Origin: Candidatus Limnocylindrales bacterium
GTDB taxonomy: Bacteria; Chloroflexota; Limnocylindria; Limnocylindrales; CSP1-4
Reading direction: 5' to 3'
Assembly: GCA_035264845.1 (NCBI GenBank)
Contig: DATFPL010000140.1
Coordinates: 1-45,781, forward strand
Length of the DNA stretch: 45,781 nt
Under the pieces are notes generated by a model. It did not search any database. It saw only the letters and a list, made by a program, of their open reading frames with translations, and was not told the origin of the DNA. Positions 9,078 through 18,955 of the stretch are shown one piece after another (the first letter of the stretch is position 1; the number at the start of each line of letters is the position of its first letter). Both the position numbers and the translations under genes were made by a program.

Positions 9078-10197
9078 TGGCAGCAGACGGGGTCACGTAC
9101 CGGCTCGCGGCCATCCCCGGCGACGGCGTTGGGCCGGAGGTCGTCGCGGCTGCTCGGGGAGTGCTCGATGCCGCGGGCTCCGCGTTCGGGTTCGAGCTCG
9201 ATTGGGTCGAGGTCGCGGCGGGCGGAAACGCGATCGACTCGTTCGGCGTCGCAATCCGGGCCGAGGACGTCGAGCGCTGCCGGGAGCGCGAAGCCGTGCT
9301 CCTCGGTGCGGTCGGCGGACCGAAGTGGGACGACCCGAACGCCGCCGTTCGGCCGGAGCAGTCGCTGTTCGCCCTCCGCGGCGGACTCGGGCTGTTCGCG
9401 AATCTCCGGCCGGTGACCGTCCACCCGGCGCTCGTGCCGGCGTCGCCGCTCCGCCCGGAGCTGCTCGACGGCGTCGACCTCCTGATCGTCCGCGAGCTGA
9501 CGTCCGGCATCTACTTTGGGCGTCCGTCGGAGGAGACGGGGGCCGCGCCCGATCGGCGGGCCGTCGACACGCTGACCTACAGCGAGTCCGAGATTCGTCG
9601 CATCGTGCGGCTCGCCTTCGAGCTCGCCCGCGGTCGTCGACGAAAGCTGACCCACGTCGACAAGGCCAACGTCCTCGCCACGTCGCGCCTGTGGCGCAAG
9701 GTCGTCGAGGAGATGCGCGGCGATTTTGCCGACGTCGAGGTCGGCCACCAGCTCGTGGACTCGTGCGCGATGCTGCTCGTCCGGCGTCCGGCCTCGTTCG
9801 ACGTCGTCGTCACCGAGAACCTCTTCGGCGACATCCTGTCCGACGAGGCGTCCGTGCTCGCCGGATCGCTCGGGATGCTGCCGTCGGCGTCGCTCGGGTC
9901 GCGGAAGACGGAGCACGGCACGTTCGGGCTGTACGAGCCGATTCACGGCTCCGCGCCGGATATCGCCCGCCAGGACAGGGCAAACCCGATCGGCACGATC
10001 CTGTCCGCCGCGATGCTGCTGCGGTGGTCGCTCGGCCGCGAGGACGCGGCATCGGCGATCGAGAGGGCAGTCGCGCACGTGCTGGACGATGGGCTCCGAA
10101 CGGCGGACCTGCTCCTCGACGGCGGCGAGGCAATCGGAACAACCGAAATGGCACACGCGATCGGCGAGCGCATCGCGGCAGCGGCGGGGGTGGCGGC

Positions 10198-10201
<4 letters not shown>
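9077..10201 (+). CDS. leuB: 3-isopropylmalate dehydrogenase
   Basis: YRLAAIPGDGVGPEVV, LFGDILSDEAS, GLYEPIHGSAPDIA. The GTG overlaps the leuA stop (TAGTG). Confidence 0.9.
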
Positions 10202-11856
<1,655 letters not shown>

Positions 11857-11860
11857 TCCG

Positions 11861-12400
11861 ATGACGACCGCCGACACCGCCACGCCGACGCTGCACCTCA
11901 CGCGCTGGACTGTCACGTCGGGGAGCCAGGTCCAGAGCCGGGGCGCCGTCGTCATCGCGTCAGGCGATCACCAGTGGGAGGCATCGGCGGAGGGCAATGG
12001 CGCCGTCGACGCGCTGTTCCGTGCAGTCGACAAGGCGCTCGCGGGCGTCCTGACGGGTCATCCACGGCTCGTCGCGTATGACGTCCACGCGGTGTCGGAG
12101 GGCCCCGACTCGGAGGGCGTGGTCACGGTCGAGATCTCGCCGCCATCCGACGCCGCGGGGCCGCGCGCCAGCGGCCGCTACCGCGGCGAGACGCGCAGCG
12201 AGAACATCATCGCGGCATCCGTCGACGCGTACATCGGGGCGATCAACGGGCTGCTCGCCGAGGAGCACTGGCAGGGCGCCGCCGAGTCCGCGGGCAATCG
12301 CAAGCGCGCCCAGGCGAACGATGCCGCGGCCGCCGGACGCCGCGCGGAGCTCGACCCGGACGAATCGCACCACGACACGACGGCCTGGTTCGAGCGCTGA
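11861..12400 (+). CDS. stand-alone LeuA allosteric/regulatory (LeuA_dimer-like) domain protein, 179 aa
   Basis: It has the regulatory-domain signatures (EGNGAVDALFRAVDKAL ... SENIIAASVDAYIGAINGL) but no TIM-barrel catalytic part. It starts 5 nt after the cimA stop. Confidence 0.75.
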   Translation: MTTADTATPTLHLTRWTVTSGSQVQSRGAVVIASGDHQWEASAEGNGAVDALFRAVDKALAGVLTGHPRLVAYDVHAVSEGPDSEGVVTVEISPPSDAAGPRASGRYRGETRSENIIAASVDAYIGAINGLLAEEHWQGAAESAGNRKRAQANDAAAAGRRAELDPDESHHDTTAWFER

Positions 12401-12404
12401 CGTC

Positions 12405-13283
12405 GTGCCGGGCACAAAGCCCGTTGCGGCCGCGCTGCCGCTGACGCGGGCGGCGCCAGGCGGCCCCGTCGCCTACGCCGGCGAGCCGGGCGCCTTCGCC
12501 GAGGACGCGGCGCTCGCGGTATTCGGCGACGTCGAGCGGACCGGAGTGGGCGGATTCCGCGAGGTGTTCGAGGCGGTCGCCGCGGGTCATGCCGCTGCGG
12601 GCGTTGTGCCGATCGAAAACCTCGTCAACGGCACCGTGCGCGAGAACTACGACCTCCTGCTCGAGTTCGACCTTTGGATCGTCGGCGAGGTCATCGTCCC
12701 GGTTCGCCTCTGCCTCGCCGCGGTCCCTGGGCGGCGGGCCGAGGGGATCGAGCGCGTCTACTCGCACATCCAGGCGCTCGGCCAGGCAGAGCGGTTCCTC
12801 CGGACGCGGCCGTGGACCCTGCTCACGACATACAACACGGCGGGGGCCGGGAAGCTGATCGCGGAGACCGGCGAGGCGGGGGCCGCCGCGGTGCTCTCGC
12901 CGCGCGCCGCCGCGCTGTTCGGGCTCGAGGTCGTCGCGGCCGACATCCAGGACGTGCCGGACAACCGGACGCGGTTCCTGGTCGTCGCCGCCGCGCCGCC
13001 GGCGGACGCGTCGGCGGGTGGCGCGCAGCGCACGACGCTCGCGTTCGGCGTTCGCAATGAGCCCGGTTCGCTCCTCCGCGCGCTGCGTGTCTTCGCCGAC
13101 CGAGAGGTCAACCTCTCCCGTCTCGAATCCAGGCCGTCGCGGGCGGGCGCGTGGGAATACATCTTCTGGACGGACGCGGACGGCGGCGCCGACGAGGCGA
13201 ACGTCGCCGCGGCGCTGACGGACCTCGCGGAGGTCACGACGATGGTCCGCGTCCTCGGCAGCTACGCGCGCGCGAGCGACTGA
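12405..13283 (+). CDS. pheA: prephenate dehydratase (PDT + ACT domains)
   Basis: VAYAGEPGAFAEDAA, VVPIENLVNGTV, TRFLVV, ESRPS and an ACT-like C-terminus. GTG start 5 nt after the preceding stop. This is the C-terminal part of listed ORF 12078..13283. Confidence 0.85.
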   Translation: MPGTKPVAAALPLTRAAPGGPVAYAGEPGAFAEDAALAVFGDVERTGVGGFREVFEAVAAGHAAAGVVPIENLVNGTVRENYDLLLEFDLWIVGEVIVPVRLCLAAVPGRRAEGIERVYSHIQALGQAERFLRTRPWTLLTTYNTAGAGKLIAETGEAGAAAVLSPRAAALFGLEVVAADIQDVPDNRTRFLVVAAAPPADASAGGAQRTTLAFGVRNEPGSLLRALRVFADREVNLSRLESRPSRAGAWEYIFWTDADGGADEANVAAALTDLAEVTTMVRVLGSYARASD

Positions 13284-13393
13284 CGCCTGATCGCCTAACG
13301 CCTGGTGGACGGCCTGCGAGAGTCGCGAAACCTCACCTGATATTCCGCGTGGCCGGAATCCTGCCCGACAGCAGGTGACGGTCGCGCGGTATT

Positions 13394-13536
13394 CCAAGAA
13401 GGATTAGCAAACCGCAAGATCCCGATCAACGCCCGGAATCGGCCTCCCGCGCGTCGCAGCCGAGCGTGACGACGTCGCGCCGTGCCCGCGAAGCGCCCTC
13501 AATCGCCGTGCGAGTGCCACTGGTAATCCTTCTTGG
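13394..13536. repeat. 13-bp perfect inverted repeat (CCAAGAAGGATTA / TAATCCTTCTTGG) flanking 117 bp
   Basis: Arms at 13394-13406 and 13524-13536. It lies in a locally AT-richer 290-bp gap between the convergent pheA and mscL genes. Confidence 0.7.
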
Positions 13537-13575
13537 GCTACGCCGCGACCGGCGCCGTGTCGTCGAGCGACCAGG

Positions 13576-13974
13576 TCAGATTGCGCTCGTGCAGGCGCGG
13601 CACCGCGTGGCGTCGGGAGCGTTCGCCTCCTTGCAGAACGAGCACGTCTTCGTATCGGCCGGCGGCGGCTCCTTGATGAACGCCAGGCTGATCCGCCAGA
13701 CGACGAAGGCGATGATGACGAACGCGATGACGGCATTGACGAACGAGCCGTAGCGGATCGCCACCTCCGTCGCCGGGTCGCCGCCGGTCGCCGCCTTCAG
13801 GACGACCTTCTGGGCGGCGAAGTCGACCCCGCCGAGCAACAGGCCAACGGGCGGCATGATGATGTCGTTCACGAGCGACGTGACGACCGCGCCGAGCGCC
13901 GCGCCGATGATCACGCCGATCGCGAGCGCGAGCGCGTTCGTCTTGAGCAGGAACGCGCGAAAGCCGCTCCACAT
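13576..13974 (-). CDS. mscL: large-conductance mechanosensitive channel with C-terminal CxxC-x10-CxxC tail
   Basis: MWSGFRAFLLKTNALALAIGVIIGAALGAVVTSLVNDIIMPPVG is canonical MscL. GGGAGGAGG lies upstream of the ATG. Confidence 0.9.
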   Translation of the reverse strand: MWSGFRAFLLKTNALALAIGVIIGAALGAVVTSLVNDIIMPPVGLLLGGVDFAAQKVVLKAATGGDPATEVAIRYGSFVNAVIAFVIIAFVVWRISLAFIKEPPPADTKTCSFCKEANAPDATRCRACTSAI

Positions 13975-14054
13975 TGTCGGCCCCTCCTCCCGTCAGCCCC
14001 CGCGGCCGATGGTACGCTCCCGGCCCCAGGCCTTTGTCGACGCTGCGAGGTTCC

Positions 14055-15743
14055 ATGGACCAGCCCTTCCGTGACGCCATGACCGCCGGCTACACGCTGT
14101 CCGAGCCGTCCGTCGTCCTGGGCAGTGCGATGCACGACGGCGAGCTCCTCAACGACACCCGCGTCCAGGCATCGATCGCGATGCTCAACCGCCACGGGCT
14201 GATCGCGGGCGCAACGGGGACGGGCAAGACGAAGACGCTCCAGCTCATCGCGGGCCAGCTGTCGAAGGCCGGCGTCCCGGTGTTCGTCGCGGACATCAAG
14301 GGCGACGTGACCGGCATCGCGGCGCCTGGCAATGCGGCCGATCCCAGGGTCATCGACCGCGCCTCGTCGCTCGGCTGGACGTACGCGCCGTCGGCCCATC
14401 CGGTCGAGTTCCTGTCGCTGTCGGGGCAGCTCGGCGCGCAGGTTCGGGCGACCGTCCATTCGTTCGGGCCGCTGCTGCTCGGCAAGGTCCTCGACCTGAA
14501 CGAGACGCAGACCTCGATCCTCGCCCTCGTCTTCAAGTACTGCGACGACAACTCGCTGCCGCTCCTCGACCTCCACGACCTCGCGACGACGTTGAAGTTC
14601 CTCTCGTCCGAAGACGGCAAGGCCGTGCTCGAGGACTACGGCGGGATGTCGAAGGCGTCGGTCGGCGTGCTGCTTCGGTCGATCGTCGTGCTCCAGCAGG
14701 AAGGCGCCGACGTGTTCTTCGGCGAGCCGGAGTTCGATGTCGACGACCTGCTCCGCACGGCGCCGGACGGGCAGGGGATCGTCACTGTCCTCGAGCTGCG
14801 GGACGTCATGGACAAGCCGCGGCTGTTCAGCACGTTCATGCTCTGGATGCTCGCGCAGCTCTACGAGGCGCTGCCCGAGGTCGGCGATCTGCCGAAGCCG
14901 AAGCTGTGCTTCTTCTTCGACGAGGCACATCTCCTGTTCGACGAGGCATCCCATGCGCTGATGGATCAGGTCGAGCGGACGGTTCGCCTCATCCGGTCGA
15001 AGGGCGTCGGCGTCTACTTCGTGACGCAGGCACCCACCGATGTCCCGTCGTCGGTCCTCGCCCAGCTCGGCAACCGCGTCCAGCACGCGCTGCGCGCGTT
15101 CACGCCCGACGACGCCGACGCGCTCCGCAAGACGGCACGGACGTTCCCGACGACCGAGTTCTACGACGTCGAGAAGACGATCACATCGCTCGGGATCGGC
15201 GAGGCGCTCGTGACCGTGCTCTCGCCGAAAGGCGTCCCGACGCCGCTCGCCGCGACGCGGCTGCTGCCGCCGGACTCGCTGATGGCGCCGATCGACGAGG
15301 TCGAGTTCATGGGCCGCGTCGCGACGAGCGCGCTGCGCACGAAGTACGGCCAGACGGTTGACCGGGAAAGCGCGCACGAGATCATCACCGCACGGCTCGA
15401 AGCAGCCCGCGCGGCGGCCGCCCAGGCTGCGGCGGAGCAGGCATATCGCAACGGCGTGCCGCCCACGACGGCCGGCGGTCTCAACACGATGACGCCGGCG
15501 CAGCAGCAGCGCGAGATCGCCCGCCAGGCCCGCGAGATGGCGGCGGAGCAGCGCCGCGAGGAGCGCGAAGCCGAGCGCGACCGCAGGACGGCGCAGCGCG
15601 AGGCGCGCGCGGACTCGCGGGCACGGCAGCGGCAGGTAGAGACGGGCGTCCGAACGGCGGGCCGGGTCCTGACATCCCGCGCGGGCCAGGCCGCGCTCCG
15701 CGGGATCTTCGGCACGCTGTTCGGGGGCGGCCGGTCGCGCTGA
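14055..15743 (+). CDS. DUF853 / HerA-like P-loop ATPase (YjgR family)
   Basis: Walker A GATGTGKTKT, FFFDEAHLLF (Walker B-like) and a highly charged C-terminal tail. ATG 14055 is preceded by GAGG. Confidence 0.8.
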   Translation: MDQPFRDAMTAGYTLSEPSVVLGSAMHDGELLNDTRVQASIAMLNRHGLIAGATGTGKTKTLQLIAGQLSKAGVPVFVADIKGDVTGIAAPGNAADPRVIDRASSLGWTYAPSAHPVEFLSLSGQLGAQVRATVHSFGPLLLGKVLDLNETQTSILALVFKYCDDNSLPLLDLHDLATTLKFLSSEDGKAVLEDYGGMSKASVGVLLRSIVVLQQEGADVFFGEPEFDVDDLLRTAPDGQGIVTVLELRDVMDKPRLFSTFMLWMLAQLYEALPEVGDLPKPKLCFFFDEAHLLFDEASHALMDQVERTVRLIRSKGVGVYFVTQAPTDVPSSVLAQLGNRVQHALRAFTPDDADALRKTARTFPTTEFYDVEKTITSLGIGEALVTVLSPKGVPTPLAATRLLPPDSLMAPIDEVEFMGRVATSALRTKYGQTVDRESAHEIITARLEAARAAAAQAAAEQAYRNGVPPTTAGGLNTMTPAQQQREIARQAREMAAEQRREEREAERDRRTAQREARADSRARQRQVETGVRTAGRVLTSRAGQAALRGIFGTLFGGGRSR

Positions 15744-16207
15744 TGCCGGCGGACGCCGACCGCGCCGCCATCCGGCGCGCGACCGACGCGGACGCGGACG
15801 CCGTCGCCGACGTGTGGCTCGCGTCGTTCCACACCGCCCTGCCGACCGTCCGGCTCGCCCACACCGACGACGAGGTCCGAGGCTGGATCCGCTCGACGCT
15901 GATCCCGGAGTGCGAGACATGGGTCGCGTACGAGAGCGGGGATGTTGTCGGCGTCATGGCGCTCGGCGATGACGAGCTCGACCAGCTCTACCTCCGGCCG
16001 GACTGGCGGGGCCGCGGCCTCGGCGACCGCTTCATCGCGCTGGCGAAGGAACGCCGCCCGAAGGGCCTGTCGCTCTACGCATTCCAGGTGAACGTCGCCG
16101 CCTGTCATTTCTACGAGCGCCACGGCTTCGAGGTCGTCGACCGCAACGACGGCAGCCGGAACGAGGAAAAGGAGCCGGACGTTCGATACGCCTGGCGGCC
16201 GGGGTGA
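15743..16207 (+). CDS. GNAT family N-acetyltransferase
   Basis: QLYLRPDWRGRGLGDRFI (acetyl-CoA binding motif A) and FYERHGF. The start overlaps the upstream stop by 1 nt. Confidence 0.8.
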   Translation: MPADADRAAIRRATDADADAVADVWLASFHTALPTVRLAHTDDEVRGWIRSTLIPECETWVAYESGDVVGVMALGDDELDQLYLRPDWRGRGLGDRFIALAKERRPKGLSLYAFQVNVAACHFYERHGFEVVDRNDGSRNEEKEPDVRYAWRPG

Positions 16208-16265
16208 CAGGAGACGTTCGGCCTCCGTCGTAGAATGGCGCCATTCCCGCTCCAGGAGCCCCTCG

Positions 16266-17711
16266 ATGGCCACCGTGACCGGCGCCAAGCCACATCCCAT
16301 CTTCCTCGCCGGCAAATGGGTCGAGTCGCCCGATCCCCTCGTCATCTCGAACCCCGCCAAGCCCGGCGAGCCCGCCGGCGCGACCTTCCACGCGACGCCG
16401 GAGCAGTACGAGGAGGCGGTCACCGCCGCCGTCGGGGCGTTCGAGACGACCCGGAACCTCCCCGCCTACGAGCGCGGCGCGATCCTCCGCAACATCAGCA
16501 ACGGGATCAAGGCGCGCCGGGAGGAGCTCGGGCGGCTCATCGCGCTCGAGGCCGGCAAGCCGATCCGGGACTCGCTCGTCGAGGTCGACCGGGCCGTTCT
16601 GACGTTCCGCCTGGGTGCCGAGGAGGCTGAGCGCATCTACGGCGAGGTCGTGCCGCTCGACCTGATGCCCGCGTCGAAGGGCCGCGTCGGCATCACCCGC
16701 CGCTTCCCGATTGGTCCGATCGCCGCGATCAGCCCCTTCAACTTCCCGCTCAACCTGGCGGCCCACAAGCTGTCGCCGGCGATCGCGTCGGGCAACCCGA
16801 TCGTCCTCAAGCCGCCGTCGAAGGATCCCCTCGTGATGCTCACGGTCGCGGAGATCGTCGAGGAGGCCGGCGCGCCGGCGGGCTCGGTCAGCATCCTGCC
16901 GATGACCCGTGAGCTCGGCGACCGGATGGTCGCGGACGAGCGCTTCAAGCTGCTCACGTTCACCGGCAGCCCGTCCGTCGGGTGGCGGATGAAGGAGCGC
17001 GCCGGCAAGAAGAAGGTCGTCCTCGAGCTGGGCGGGAACGCGGGCGTCATCGTCGACAAATCGGCGGACCTCGACTGGGCCGTCCGACGAACGCTCGTCG
17101 GGGCGTTCGGCTACGCCGGTCAGGTCTGCATCAGCGTCCAGCGGATGTTCGTCCACGAGGACGTCTGGGAGCCGTTCATGGGGCGGCTCGTCGACGGCGC
17201 GCGGAAGCTCAAGGTCGGCGACCCGCTCGATCCCCAGACGGATGTCGGGCCGATGGTCGACGTGAACGCCGCGGGCCGCACGCAGCGATGGGTGGACGAG
17301 GCCGTCGCGCTCGGCGGGAAGGTGCACCTCGGCGGCAAGGCGGACGGCAACTTCTTCCCGCCGACGGTGCTGACGGACGTGCCGGCGAGCGCGCAGGTCT
17401 GCTCGAACGAGGCGTTCGCACCGCTCGTCGTCGCGTTCCCGTTCCGCGACTTCGGCGATGCGGTCCGGCAGGTCAACGACTCATTTTTCGGGCTGCAGAC
17501 GGGCGTCTTCACGAACGACCTGTCGAATGCATGGGCCGCGTTCGACCAGCTGGAGGTCGGCGGCGTCATCGTCAACGACGTCCCGACGTACCGGATCGAC
17601 AACATGCCGTACGGCGGGGTGAAGGACAGCGGGCTCGGCCGCGAAGGGCTCCGCTATGCGATCGAGGACATGACCGAGATCCGGATCATGGTGATGGCGC
17701 AGCCGCAGTAA
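16266..17711 (+). CDS. NAD(P)-dependent aldehyde dehydrogenase family protein
   Basis: SPFNFPLNL, VVLELGGNA and GQVCIS (catalytic Cys). AGGAG lies 7 nt upstream and TAGAAT is at 16231-16236. Confidence 0.85.
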   Translation: MATVTGAKPHPIFLAGKWVESPDPLVISNPAKPGEPAGATFHATPEQYEEAVTAAVGAFETTRNLPAYERGAILRNISNGIKARREELGRLIALEAGKPIRDSLVEVDRAVLTFRLGAEEAERIYGEVVPLDLMPASKGRVGITRRFPIGPIAAISPFNFPLNLAAHKLSPAIASGNPIVLKPPSKDPLVMLTVAEIVEEAGAPAGSVSILPMTRELGDRMVADERFKLLTFTGSPSVGWRMKERAGKKKVVLELGGNAGVIVDKSADLDWAVRRTLVGAFGYAGQVCISVQRMFVHEDVWEPFMGRLVDGARKLKVGDPLDPQTDVGPMVDVNAAGRTQRWVDEAVALGGKVHLGGKADGNFFPPTVLTDVPASAQVCSNEAFAPLVVAFPFRDFGDAVRQVNDSFFGLQTGVFTNDLSNAWAAFDQLEVGGVIVNDVPTYRIDNMPYGGVKDSGLGREGLRYAIEDMTEIRIMVMAQPQ

Positions 17712-17773
17712 CTCCGTCCCGGCGCCCGGGACGCAAGACTCGGCGCCGAACGCGCCGGGCCATCCTCGTCGCG

Positions 17774-18955
17774 ATGGACCTGACGCTCACACCGGCCGAA
17801 TCGGAGCTTCGCGATCGCGCGGCGGCCTTCGTCCGCGAGCAGCTCCAGCCGCGTGAGGTCGAGTTCGAACGCGCAAGCGGACGTGTTCCGCGGGGCTGGG
17901 GCGACGACATCCGGAAGGCCGCGATCGCGGCGCGGGTGCACGGTGGGAGCCTGCCCAAGGACGTCGGCGGCCAGGGCTGGACGGCCACCGAGCAGGTCCT
18001 CGTTCACGAGCAGCTGGGCCAGGCGACGGGCGGTCTCTGGTCGTTCATTCCCGGCGCATACAACGTCCTCGCCCGCGCGACGCCCGCGCAGCGCGACCGC
18101 TACCTCACACCGTCGCTCCGCGGCGAACGCTCCGGGAGTTATGCGATCACCGAGGCGGGCGCGGGCTCCGATGCGCGGACGCTCGCCGCGACCGCGCTTC
18201 GCGATACGGCGACGGGCGAGTACGTCCTCAACGGCGAGAAGTGGTTCGTCACGGGCCCGGACGACACCGACTTCATGATCTTCCACTGCCTCGTCGTCGA
18301 GGGCGACCGTCGGCTGCCGACACTGTTCCTCGTCGACTACGACGTTCGCGGCGTCCGTCTCTCGCACGATCCCGACTACATGCACACGTTCGCGGACCGG
18401 CATCCGCAGTTCGTCCTCGAGGACGTCCGCGTCCCCGCCGACGCGGTGCTGGGCGCGGTCGGTGCGGCGGACGAGCTGACGAACGAGTGGTTCGTCGAGG
18501 AGCGGCTTCACATCGGGGCACGCTGCAGCGGGGCGATGGAGCGGCTGCTCCGCGAGGCTGTCGAGTGGGCCACCGGCCGGATCCAGTTCGGGCAGCGGAT
18601 CTACGACTTCCAGGGGGTCAGCTTCCCGCTCGCGGATTCCGCGGCCGACGCGTCGGCGGCGCGGCTGCTCACCCGCGAAGCCGCCTGGCTCGCCGACACG
18701 GGCGCCGACCCGAAGATCGTCCATGCCCGCGCGTCGGTCGCCAAGCTGTTCGCGTCCGAGGCGGCGTTCCGCTGCGCCGACCGTGTCGTCCAGGTGTTCG
18801 GCGGCCGCGGCTACATGCGCGAGACCGCGGCGGAGCGCTTCTTCCGCGAGCTGCGGGTCGACCGGATCTGGGAAGGGACGTCGGAGATCCAGCGCCTGAT
18901 CATCGCGCGGGCGCTCGAGAAGCGGGGCGTCGAGCACGTCGTCGGCCAGGCGTGA
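17774..18955 (+). CDS. acyl-CoA dehydrogenase family protein
   Basis: SYAITEAGAGSDA, NGEKWFVTG, QVFGGRGYM, IWEGTSEIQRLIIAR. This is the C-terminal part of listed ORF 16982..18955. Confidence 0.85.
   Translation: MDLTLTPAESELRDRAAAFVREQLQPREVEFERASGRVPRGWGDDIRKAAIAARVHGGSLPKDVGGQGWTATEQVLVHEQLGQATGGLWSFIPGAYNVLARATPAQRDRYLTPSLRGERSGSYAITEAGAGSDARTLAATALRDTATGEYVLNGEKWFVTGPDDTDFMIFHCLVVEGDRRLPTLFLVDYDVRGVRLSHDPDYMHTFADRHPQFVLEDVRVPADAVLGAVGAADELTNEWFVEERLHIGARCSGAMERLLREAVEWATGRIQFGQRIYDFQGVSFPLADSAADASAARLLTREAAWLADTGADPKIVHARASVAKLFASEAAFRCADRVVQVFGGRGYMRETAAERFFRELRVDRIWEGTSEIQRLIIARALEKRGVEHVVGQA

Noticed and set aside
13407-13523. 38-codon ORF (minus strand) nested exactly between the 13-bp inverted repeats, considered as a real small protein or type I toxin.
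   Set aside because: GC3 is about 65% versus above 90% in real genes here. The peptide is Arg-rich and not hydrophobic. I report only the repeat/RNA architecture.
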